Source: Candidatus Poribacteria bacterium (lineage in GTDB: Bacteria > Poribacteria > WGA-4E > PCPOR2b). Taken from it: DNA of 64,000 bases. The notes below the pieces were generated by a model. It was given only the letters and a program-made list of their open reading frames with translations, searched no databases and had not been told where the DNA came from. Of the stretch, positions 1 through 7,740 are shown in pieces. Positions within the stretch are counted from its first letter, which is position 1; each line of letters begins with the position of its first letter. The stretch is from contig CBDCUX010000005.1 in NCBI GenBank assembly GCA_965222805.1, positions 2,978,777 to 3,042,776 of the forward strand, in the 5' to 3' direction. Both the position numbers and the translations under genes were made by a program.

Positions 1-800
1 GGTATCCATCTAGTGCTTATTTGATTGTCGAAATCTTCTACTGCATAATCTTCCATCTCAGAGACTAATATTTTTTTAGGAATTATTGCTTCTACAAAAG
101 GCACTGATGGTAGAAGTTTAATTGAAAAATCATACACAGGCTTGGGGTGTAAAAGACCTACAATTTCAGATTTGATTCTTGTATGTATATAAAATAGCAG
201 CACCGCTGAAATACTTTCTCGGCAAAAGACTATCCTCCCATTTTGAAATTCAAAAAATAAAGAGTCTTCTAAGTATGTTACATTATTTCCGCCTGGGACA
301 CTTAGTTTTGGTGGGCTTGTTAGTAACATTTTTGGTCCAAACGCGTCTTTGTCATGGAGAATATCTGCATACTCTGGGTGTTCACAGGCAATCACCAGAA
401 TTGTAGGACAGTCATATCCTGACATTTGCTTTGCTTTGTCAAATGCTTCATGTCGTATTTGACGAGCTACTCCATACAAATCCACGTGGTAACCTTTACC
501 TGATATGGGGCTCTCTGGGGCTCCAGAGCGTTTAGTAAAAGTTTCTTGAAGAATAGAAGTCACTTCAACTACAAAATCCGTATTTTCTGTTTGTACTCGA
601 AAGTCTACCCCGCCTCTACCCGGAATTTCCTCCACACGAATATCGTAACCATTCCACTTAAAAAAAGAGTATACGACTGCCTCAGCTCGCGCAGCTGCAG
701 GCTGATTATTACACCTTTGATGGAAAGAGTTAGAGTGTTCGGGCTGATTAGCATCCAGAAACTGTTTATATTCATCAAGTAAATTATCAACTGTTCTCAT
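1..800 (-). CDS. Hypothetical protein, N-terminal 266 aa; gene continues beyond window start
   Basis: Uninterrupted minus-strand reading frame from ATG at 800-798 to position 1. It is missing from the supplied ORF track because it has no stop inside the window. About 35% GC versus about 55% for the contig. The start overlaps the stop of the DUF433 gene (ATGATATGA arrangement). No recognisable family motif. Confidence 0.45.
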   Translation of the reverse strand, partial: MRTVDNLLDEYKQFLDANQPEHSNSFHQRCNNQPAAARAEAVVYSFFKWNGYDIRVEEIPGRGGVDFRVQTENTDFVVEVTSILQETFTKRSGAPESPISGKGYHVDLYGVARQIRHEAFDKAKQMSGYDCPTILVIACEHPEYADILHDKDAFGPKMLLTSPPKLSVPGGNNVTYLEDSLFFEFQNGRIVFCRESISAVLLFYIHTRIKSEIVGLLHPKPVYDFSIKLLPSVPFVEAIIPKKILVSEMEDYAVEDFDNQISTRWI

Positions 801-801
801 A

Positions 802-1011
802 TCATCGTTTTTTCCATGTATTAGCATAAGCGAGGCATGCTCGAATGTCTTTGATTACAATACCGGGGTAATTTTCGAGAATTTCTGCCTCGCTCCACCC
901 GCGCGCTAGTAGGTCAATAATGAACTCGACGGCTAAACGGGTGCCTTTAATAACAGGTTTTCCGGTCAGAATTGCTTCGTCAATAACGATTCGGGCTGTC
1001 CAATTTTGCAG
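802..1011 (-). CDS. DUF433 domain protein (antitoxin-like); start codon uncertain (no in-frame ATG, possible CTG)
   Basis: Translation ...IVIDEAILTGKPVIKGTRLAVEFIIDLLARGWSEAEILENYPGIVIKDIRACLAYA matches the conserved DUF433 core (KGTR..V..I......G.S.EEI...YP.L...DI.A.L.YA). Stop TGA at 804-802, in-frame TAG upstream at 1023-1021. Confidence 0.5.
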   Translation of the reverse strand: MQNWTARIVIDEAILTGKPVIKGTRLAVEFIIDLLARGWSEAEILENYPGIVIKDIRACLAYANTWKKR

Positions 1012-1076
1012 GGGTTCGGGCTACATACGTTTACAATCCTTCATCAGCCAAGAGAACTGAACCGTTACATAAACAT

Positions 1077-1295
1077 CGTTTTATACACATGTCGCCCCGC
1101 TGGGGCTTTAGTCACTTGGCTGCTCATTTTCTATAAACATGTCGCACCTCTGGTGCTTTAGGGGGTTTGGGTTAGGCATGTGCTGCTATACACATAGCAC
1201 TCCTCTGGAGTGTGGAGATTAGATGTATCGCTTTTCTATAGACATATCGCTCCGCTGGAGCGAATGGATTTTCAATACTTACCAACTTAGGTTAA
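1077..1295. repeat. Tandem array of four roughly 55-bp hairpin units (family C), ending in ATGGATTTTCAATAC
   Basis: Units share the pattern TATA-N-ACAT-N-TCGC-NCC-NCTGG-NGC. The stem sequences differ between units (CCCC/GGGG, CACC/GGTG, CACTCC/GGAGTG, CTCC/GGAG) while pairing is kept. A homologous array occurs at about 11286-11663. Confidence 0.6.
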
Positions 1296-1330
1296 TAAAT
1301 ATAGGTTACGAGCAGTGAATCATTCAGAAC

Positions 1331-1480
1331 CTAACCATCGAGCCACGCTTGTAGTTCCCGCGTTATCCGTTGATACACCTTGATCGTGTTTTCACTCACG
1401 CCAGACACAACCAACGCCTTCGTATCCTCACTGATAGCCAGTCCCATATCCTGTTCCTGTGTTGTAACCAATTCGTTCAT
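1331..1480 (-). pseudogene. Short ORF (49 aa) resembling the N-terminal core-binding (SAM-like) domain of a tyrosine recombinase/integrase; probably a gene fragment
   Basis: MNELVTTQEQDMGLAISEDTKALVVSGVSENTIKVYQRITRELQAWLDG. The segment SENTIKVYQRITRELQAWL resembles the XerC/XerD/phage integrase N-terminal motif (..NTLRAYRRDL..F..WL). Good RBS (AAGGAG, 7 nt upstream), but the ORF stops after 49 aa with no catalytic domain. Confidence 0.3.
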
Positions 1481-1495
1481 ATTGATGCACTCCTT

Positions 1496-2182
1496 TCATT
1501 CCACGATATAAGGACTGAACGTTTGAAAGCCTTCAATGCCGTTTGACAGCCTCCAGATCGCTGTTATCGAGTGTGAACCTTTCGGCAGGTTGACGACCGC
1601 AGACCACTCGGTAGACCACTCGTCTTTAGATTCAGTAGCAGGGATGCCATGAATGGTGGCATCAATGACATCTACATCGCCAGACTTGTCAGGCTTTATA
1701 AACTCTAATGAGAATCGCTGGTCTGACGGAATGATGCTGCCGGGGACAGGTTTTATTAAGACCCCCGAAAAAACACCAAAAGTCCAACCACTTAGTGGAA
1801 AGGGGTCAGAAAATTTCTTTTTCCCGCCATCCCACACAACACTTATGTCCTCGTCCCGTTCTTTGACGACTATACGCAGTTCTGCGCCTAACAAAGTATA
1901 TTCTTCGGCATTTGTAACCTGTAACGCCTGTGGCGGTTTGTCGAACCGAATCGTCCAATTTAGCATAACATCATCAATTGTGTCATAGTGTGCTGCGACA
2001 ATTTCATAGCTTGCTTCGAGAAACTGTGCAGGCATATGATCAACCATTTCCCCATGTTCGTGAGGCGGTATCTCATGTTCGTGGGAACAGCCTGCTATGA
2101 TGAGAAACTGCCCGATCCCGATTCCGACCGCCAGAACTGATGCTCCTAACGCCATATATCGCAACTTCGGCCTGTTATTCAT
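1496..2182 (-). CDS. Hypothetical lipoprotein
   Basis: Signal peptide followed by a lipobox-like LIIAGC, then HEHE/HEHG His-rich motifs. Complete 228-aa ORF. Confidence 0.6.
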   Translation of the reverse strand: MNNRPKLRYMALGASVLAVGIGIGQFLIIAGCSHEHEIPPHEHGEMVDHMPAQFLEASYEIVAAHYDTIDDVMLNWTIRFDKPPQALQVTNAEEYTLLGAELRIVVKERDEDISVVWDGGKKKFSDPFPLSGWTFGVFSGVLIKPVPGSIIPSDQRFSLEFIKPDKSGDVDVIDATIHGIPATESKDEWSTEWSAVVNLPKGSHSITAIWRLSNGIEGFQTFSPYIVE

Positions 2183-2273
2183 GACCTACTCCAGTTCCCC
2201 CCAGGGTGAACACCAACACGCCGGGGACAAAGCGTGAACAGCGATAACATTCATTAAACGGAATTATCGAACC

Positions 2274-3101
2274 TTAGAAAAAAGGATTATGTGCTTTTTC
2301 TTCGCCGACTGTTGTGGCGGGCCCGTGTCCGGGAAAGAGCTTTACGTCGTCGGGAAGCGAAAGCAGGTAATTTTTGACCCCGGAGAGCAGATCGGTATAC
2401 GAAATGTTCGCACCCCCGACCGACCCTGCAAATAGTGCGTCACCGACAATCACTGTGGAACGGGTGTGGAAGCTGCAACCGCCGGGCGTGTGTCCCGGTG
2501 TGTCGAGCGTTTTCACGGAGAGTTGACCGACCGACACGTCATCCCCATGATTGAGGAGCCGAAGCTGTTGGGTGCTACGCGGCTGTGGCTCCCGTGCGTG
2601 GATGTATGTCGGGCAGCTCGTCGCCCGTTCGATCTCCATCAAACCGTTCGCATGATCACCGTGTGCGTGCGTCAGCAGAATCATGGTCGGCTTGACGCCG
2701 GTCTCTTCCACCTTCTGCAGCACATCATCTGGATGCGCAGCGGTGTCGATGATAGCAGCTTCGTTGGTCGCTTTGCACACTAAGAGGTACGCATGAACGG
2801 GCCATCCACCGACATCGGCTGTGATGGTGACGACCTCCAGCGCGTCGTCGTATCCTGGTGGGACCGGTTCGGGGCCCCAGCGTTCCATCGCAATATCCGC
2901 CAACCTTTCGCCGTTGAGATTGAGGCACACTGCGATTTTGTGGACCTGTTCCTCTGTCGGTTTCAGCGTGTAGTCTTCCATCTGGGACAGTTGTGCCTCT
3001 GCGAGTCCTGCTTGGGTTGCAACTTCACCCACGCTCAGACCGTTCCCTCGCCTTGCTTTTCCGATGATGTCGCCAAATTCGTCTTCAAGTGTGTAAGCCA
3101 T
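2274..3101 (-). CDS. MBL-fold metallo-hydrolase with N-terminal XRE-type HTH domain
   Basis: N-terminal GLSVGEVATQAGLAEAQLSQME (HTH). C-terminal part carries the metallo-beta-lactamase motif LLTHAHGDHANG plus TPGHTPG. RBS AAGGAG upstream of ATG at 3101. Confidence 0.75.
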   Translation of the reverse strand: MAYTLEDEFGDIIGKARRGNGLSVGEVATQAGLAEAQLSQMEDYTLKPTEEQVHKIAVCLNLNGERLADIAMERWGPEPVPPGYDDALEVVTITADVGGWPVHAYLLVCKATNEAAIIDTAAHPDDVLQKVEETGVKPTMILLTHAHGDHANGLMEIERATSCPTYIHAREPQPRSTQQLRLLNHGDDVSVGQLSVKTLDTPGHTPGGCSFHTRSTVIVGDALFAGSVGGANISYTDLLSGVKNYLLSLPDDVKLFPGHGPATTVGEEKAHNPFF

Positions 3102-3126
3102 TGTTGATTATCTCCTTTGTTAGGGA

Positions 3127-3354
3127 TTATGGTAGATTTTAGAATTACTTAGACCCTCCCAATGCACAGCCAACCCCCTAAATCCCCAACTCCCCTGACA
3201 AGGGGACTCCCCCTGATAAGGGGGTAGGGGGGTTAGGGGAGCTTCTCCTCTTGTCTTTCCCCTCTTATCAGAGGGGTTCAGGGGGACTTTGGAAACTTCG
3301 CTAGGGTCGGAGTTATTGGCAAATGTCTACTTATTTCTCTAGTTCACCATAAAT
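3127..3354. repeat. MITE-like element, family A copy 1 (about 228 bp) with imperfect terminal inverted repeats
   Basis: Left end TTATGGTAGATTTTAGAA, right end TTCTCTAGTTCACCATAAAT (reverse complement TTTATGGTGAACTAGAGAA). Internal C-rich/G-rich hairpin modules CCCCTGACAAGGGG and CCCCCTGATAAGGGGG. Near-identical copies at 7463-7722 and 26177-26383, variant at 24848-24975. Confidence 0.8.
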
Positions 3355-3414
3355 AAAAAACCGAAGAAACCGAGTTTTGCCGAAAAAACTCGGTTTCTCT
3401 GAGCTGCTTTTCGC

Positions 3415-6261
3415 TTATTTTGGTTCACTCAACCCAGAAGTGTGCTCGTGTATGCGCTGACGCTCGAGATTCGCATATGGGTCAGCGCGACGGGTGATGC
3501 CGGTGATAGCATCAACGGATTCATCTGCCTTAAACCGCAGATACAGTTTCTGTTCCTTCGCAGCCATCACCTCATTTCTGAGTGCACGATAGCACAGCAT
3601 CATGTTGTAGTGAGCATCTAGATCCTCCGGATCGACCGCTAGCGTTTTCTGGAATTCGGTGAGTGCGGCTTCATACTTCCGCTGAAGGTAGAGCAGTCTG
3701 CCCATCTCGTTGCGAACCCGTCGATCTCGCGGGAATTGGAGAGTAGCTGCCCGCAGGTGTTCAAGCGCGTCGTCATATTTTCCGTACGCCTTTTGGACCA
3801 GTGCGTAGAGGTAGTGCACCTTCGCTCGATGCGGATTGTCGGGGGAAAGTTGTTTCTGGAGGGTCATCGCTTTTTCAAGCATCTCCTCAGCCCCGTTCAT
3901 ATCGCCCTCCTGAATGCGACACCGTGCGACGTTGACCCACCCGTCCATATAGGTCGGTTCAATCTCCGTGACCTTCAGGAATACCGCTTCCGCGCCCTTG
4001 AGATCGCCTTGAAGGAATAGCCCGATACCGTAGTCATTCCAACGTTCACGGTGGTTCGATTGCGGGTTCTCACCTGAACCTCCGATTGCCGGTTCATTTG
4101 GTTCACCCCGGTCGACCACCCGCAAGGTTGCTATATCCTCTGCCATGGGAATAATTGGCAGGTTAGGAATTTCCTTAATTTTCCCAGCGACATCCGATGT
4201 ATCTCCCGTGAAGACCCAACGCCCATTGTCATACCCTTTACCAACCTGAAAATCGGCATCCTCCGGATCTCGCACCCCTGCATAAGCCCACTGCGTATGC
4301 CACCAGTTGAATTTGCGGTAATTCAACTTTGCGTGCAGATGAACCTCATCCCCACAATCCGGTGGAATGAAGAGGCGGTAGTGGACGGTATCCGCAGCAC
4401 CGGGGGGAATGGTGTTCGCATAGAGGACAGTCCGCGCCGCCCACGCATTGCGTTTATTAATAAGATTTCCGTGTTCGTCCAACATATACGCCCGATAAAA
4501 GTGTGCCCCCGGATCAACGGGTCCGTTTCCATCTTCCGCTTCAATCCGCCCACTCCAGAAGATTACCTTTCCGTTTTCATCCGTCGCCTTCAATTCCAAC
4601 CAGATATCGAAGGCATCAATTGTACCGGCGGGGAATCGGTGCCCCACTTCCCTTGTACGAACAACTACATCAACCCGAACCTCCTCACCACGCTGAACCG
4701 TTGGGTTGGAACCGTTGATAGGTGCGACAAGCTTTGTTATGTCGGTTACCGTGCCGATAGCGTGCCCCTGATTTCCGCCATCCATCATGCTAAAGGTGCG
4801 GAGTTGAGAGCTGGAGGACGCGCTGACACCGCCTTCTAACCCACCATGGGATTGGATCGGTGTTGCGGGACTTAGCGCGAAAATATCCACGCTCACTTGG
4901 TTATTCTGGAGAAATTCAGTGGTCACCTTGAGTTGTTCGTCGTGCTTGTTCACGAAAGGAAGCGCCGTATTCGCCGCGGGAAAGCGGTGGCTATGAACCT
5001 TGCCGTCGATATTCGCCGCATCTTTCGAGGAAATTAGTGGCATGTGGCAATCGGTGCACTTCTTCGGTTCTTCAGGGTAGTAGAAAGACAACGCCCCCTG
5101 ATGAGAGACCCCGCTGGTCTGCCACTGATCGTAGTCGTCAAAGCCACGGAACCATCGGAAATTGTTGACCGGCACATCGAGGTGCACCTTGTGACAGGTG
5201 GAGCAAAACTCTGCGGTGTTCTGGCGATGGAATGGCTTGAGGAAACTTTTTTTGTGGGGTTCTGGATCTAGGCGGATAAGGTAATTATGGAGTGTGCGAA
5301 TTGCAGGATTTTCGCTAGCGGCCATCTCATGTAGGGGTGGGTACTTGATGACGTATCCGCTGTTTCCCATCGTATCTTTGACCTTTTCCATTGAGTGGCA
5401 CGCCGTACACGCGAGCCCGGCTTGGGCGGCAGGCGTATGCAAATTCTCCCGGATCGGTCGATCCATCACGCCGTTCAGCAAGATAGCAGGGTCGTGACAG
5501 CCACCGCACCATTTGGAGGGTTGAATCCCATTGACATCCTGCATATACATGATCGATTTGCGATACCACTGATTGTTAAAGGAGGCGAAGTGATGCGCCG
5601 ATTCGTGCCACTGTTTGTAGATGTCCGGGTGGCAGCCGCTTTCAGCACAGGTTTGGGAGGTCAAGAAGAAATCGGTGGGAATCAGATCGCCGGTATAGGT
5701 CTCGACGGAAGCGGGGAAGAACGGTCCATCGGTGCCGCCGCCTTCCTCATACATACTAGTCGGCGGAGAGAGTGGATTTTTTACGAGATAGTCGGGGTTG
5801 GGTCGATAGTGTTGGATTAATCTTGCCCCAACGGGAAACAGCAGGCTGATAAGGAGAACGATTCCGGCGATTTGCGCTGCTTTGCGTGAAAACTCCGTCT
5901 CCGCTCGTCTCCCCAAAATCAACAGGTGTCCGACAAATAGGATTGTACCGAGCGTCACTGCCACGATATGGAGGATGAGCAGCCAGCGGTTGGGGGTCGT
6001 GGCACCGACGAACATCAGGTACACGCCTGAAATCGCCCCGACTCCCAGAGAAACCACCCCGCCTTTGCCGATAATTGACATGCCGGCGAAGCGCTTGTAC
6101 AGATAAACAATAAACGGGATAATCAGTGCAGCCCCGAGGACGATGTGGATCAGGACGTTCCCGATATAAAATAGGGTCGGCTCTCCGAAGCTGATTAGAT
6201 ATGCACTGTTAATCAGCAGGATTAGGAAACCGAGCAGTAGGAGTTTTGTCCAGAGTCGCAT
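3415..6261 (-). CDS. Multiheme c-type cytochrome with N-terminal transmembrane segments and C-terminal TPR repeats
   Basis: Four canonical CxxCH motifs (CGGCH, CTACH, CSTCH, CTDCH) plus one CX4CH. Hydrophobic N-terminal 150 aa. C-terminal third has TPR-like helices (AHYNMMLCYRALRNEVMAAKE..). Confidence 0.7.
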   Translation of the reverse strand: MRLWTKLLLLGFLILLINSAYLISFGEPTLFYIGNVLIHIVLGAALIIPFIVYLYKRFAGMSIIGKGGVVSLGVGAISGVYLMFVGATTPNRWLLILHIVAVTLGTILFVGHLLILGRRAETEFSRKAAQIAGIVLLISLLFPVGARLIQHYRPNPDYLVKNPLSPPTSMYEEGGGTDGPFFPASVETYTGDLIPTDFFLTSQTCAESGCHPDIYKQWHESAHHFASFNNQWYRKSIMYMQDVNGIQPSKWCGGCHDPAILLNGVMDRPIRENLHTPAAQAGLACTACHSMEKVKDTMGNSGYVIKYPPLHEMAASENPAIRTLHNYLIRLDPEPHKKSFLKPFHRQNTAEFCSTCHKVHLDVPVNNFRWFRGFDDYDQWQTSGVSHQGALSFYYPEEPKKCTDCHMPLISSKDAANIDGKVHSHRFPAANTALPFVNKHDEQLKVTTEFLQNNQVSVDIFALSPATPIQSHGGLEGGVSASSSSQLRTFSMMDGGNQGHAIGTVTDITKLVAPINGSNPTVQRGEEVRVDVVVRTREVGHRFPAGTIDAFDIWLELKATDENGKVIFWSGRIEAEDGNGPVDPGAHFYRAYMLDEHGNLINKRNAWAARTVLYANTIPPGAADTVHYRLFIPPDCGDEVHLHAKLNYRKFNWWHTQWAYAGVRDPEDADFQVGKGYDNGRWVFTGDTSDVAGKIKEIPNLPIIPMAEDIATLRVVDRGEPNEPAIGGSGENPQSNHRERWNDYGIGLFLQGDLKGAEAVFLKVTEIEPTYMDGWVNVARCRIQEGDMNGAEEMLEKAMTLQKQLSPDNPHRAKVHYLYALVQKAYGKYDDALEHLRAATLQFPRDRRVRNEMGRLLYLQRKYEAALTEFQKTLAVDPEDLDAHYNMMLCYRALRNEVMAAKEQKLYLRFKADESVDAITGITRRADPYANLERQRIHEHTSGLSEPK

Positions 6262-6294
6262 GGCTGGGGCTTTCTTTCGACTTCAGTTTTCGGT

Positions 6295-6323
6295 TTGACA
6301 AGCGTTTGGAAGGGTTGTATAAT
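6295..6323 (+). promoter_or_regulatory. Sigma70-type promoter (TTGACA, 17 bp spacer, TATAAT) upstream of 6379 gene
   Basis: TTGACA at 6295-6300 and TATAAT at 6318-6323 with an exact 17-nt spacer, about 55 nt upstream of the start codon. Confidence 0.5.
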
Positions 6324-6378
6324 TTTATCAGGTTTTTCCGGCGGTTTCAACTGGAAAGTTTGTACGAAGAGATAAGCT

Positions 6379-6717
6379 ATGGAAAAAGCGGTAGCGCATC
6401 AGCAAGATCCGGATTTACTTGATGAATATGATTTCAGCGAAGGGATTCGGGGTAAATATACCCAGAAACACCTCATTAAACTATTCGATAGCGTTGCTCT
6501 CACAGACGATTTGCCTGAATATAATCTCAGGCGTGGGCAAGTCGGCACAGTAGTTGAAATTCTTGCAGATGGCAAAGCGTTTGAAGTTGAATTCAGTGAC
6601 CGTAACGGACGCACTTATGAGTCAGTTGGTTCGCGCCCTGATCAGATCATGGTACTCTACTATGAACCGATAAAAGTCCAGCCAATGTCTGCCGTGGAAC
6701 AGACATCCAATACCTAG
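6379..6717 (+). CDS. DUF4926 domain protein with N-terminal EYDFSEGIRGKY motif
   Basis: C-terminal two thirds (LFDSVALTDDLPEYNLRRGQVGTVVEILADGKAFEVEFSDRNGRTYESV) follows the DUF4926 pattern. The N-terminal motif YDFS.G.RGKY is typical of small antitoxin-like proteins. Confidence 0.5.
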   Translation: MEKAVAHQQDPDLLDEYDFSEGIRGKYTQKHLIKLFDSVALTDDLPEYNLRRGQVGTVVEILADGKAFEVEFSDRNGRTYESVGSRPDQIMVLYYEPIKVQPMSAVEQTSNT

Positions 6718-6780
6718 CCCGTTGTTGTAGTTGACAACGGGAGCTACCATTAGGTTAATGGCGTGAAGGAGCAATGAACT

Positions 6781-7272
6781 GTGTCTGATACACCCAAGTG
6801 GCGAATTCGGCAGGCTTTGCCGAGTGAAGTCGAGCATTTGAGTGAACTCGCATTCCGCTCCAAGTCATACTGGGGTTACTCGGATCGGTTTATGCAAGCA
6901 TGCGTTAAGGAGTTGGCCCTTGATCAGCAGTACATTGAGACCAATTCGACTTTTGTGATTGAAGTTGAGAGAAACATCATTGGATTCTATTCGCTGGAAC
7001 ATGTTTCCGCTTCCGAGGTAGAGCTAGGTTACCTATTTGTCGAACCCACGTTTATCGGAAAAGGCTATGGACGAAAACTAATGACACACGCGCAACAAGA
7101 GGCACGGCACCTCGGATACGACCAAATAATCATTCAAGGGGATCCAAACGCTGAACAGTTCTATCGCGCAGCGGGTGGTTCAGTGGTCGGCACAAGGAAG
7201 TCCACAAGCATTCCTGACCGTGAACTCCCTGTGCTCTGCATCGATCTGAGAGAATCAGAAGAAGAAACCTAA
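6781..7272 (+). CDS. GNAT family N-acetyltransferase
   Basis: 163 aa. Acetyl-CoA binding region LFVEPTFIGKGYGRKLM (Q/RxxGxG/A motif) typical of GNAT. Confidence 0.75.
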   Translation: MSDTPKWRIRQALPSEVEHLSELAFRSKSYWGYSDRFMQACVKELALDQQYIETNSTFVIEVERNIIGFYSLEHVSASEVELGYLFVEPTFIGKGYGRKLMTHAQQEARHLGYDQIIIQGDPNAEQFYRAAGGSVVGTRKSTSIPDRELPVLCIDLRESEEET

Positions 7273-7462
7273 CAAGCCGTTGCAGTCTTTTTAATCTCAA
7301 TTTATTGGGGTGACAGCTGACTCTCTTGGGTTTAGCAATGATGATAATCAAGGGTAGGTAACGTAAACTAAAAAGAGTGATAGAGGTCCGTTTATGTAGA
7401 TGGTTTTTCGGTAACGAATCCAAAACAGGCGGGGATGCTCCGACAAGCATCAGACCCGCATA

Positions 7463-7722
7463 CTATGGGAGATTTTAGAATTACTTAGACACTTCCAATG
7501 AACAGCCAACCCCCCTAAATCCCCCTTATCAGGGGGACTTGATAATTAATCCCCCAACTCCCCTGACAAGGGGACTCCCTCTGATAAGGGGGCAGGGGGG
7601 GTTAGGGGAGCTTCTCCCTTGTCTTTCCCCTCTTATCAGAGGGGTTCAGGGGGACTTTGGAAACTTCGTGAAGGTCGGAGTTATTGGTAAATGTCTACTT
7701 ATTTCTCTAGTTCACCATAAAT
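7463..7722. repeat. MITE-like element family A copy 2 (about 260 bp, carries an extra internal hairpin module)
   Basis: Same termini and core as 3127-3354, plus an inserted module CCCCCTTATCAGGGGGACTTGATAATTAAT shared with family B. Its right end abuts the RBS (AAGGAG) and ATG of the PhyH gene at 7741. Confidence 0.8.
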
Positions 7723-7740
7723 TACAAGGAGATAACCACT

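Noticed and set aside
1077-1295. Possible degenerate CRISPR array (regular roughly 55-bp periodicity with hairpin repeats)
   Set aside because: Repeat units are not identical. Substitutions are compensatory within the stems. There is no repeat/unique-spacer alternation, no cas genes and no leader. A homologous array at about 11.3 kb behaves like an interspersed repeat.
1077-1480. Integron-like attC array next to an integrase fragment
   Set aside because: Units lack the R''/L''-L'/R' box architecture (no GTTRRRY core). The same array family occurs at 11.3 kb without any recombinase. The recombinase-like ORF is only 49 aa.
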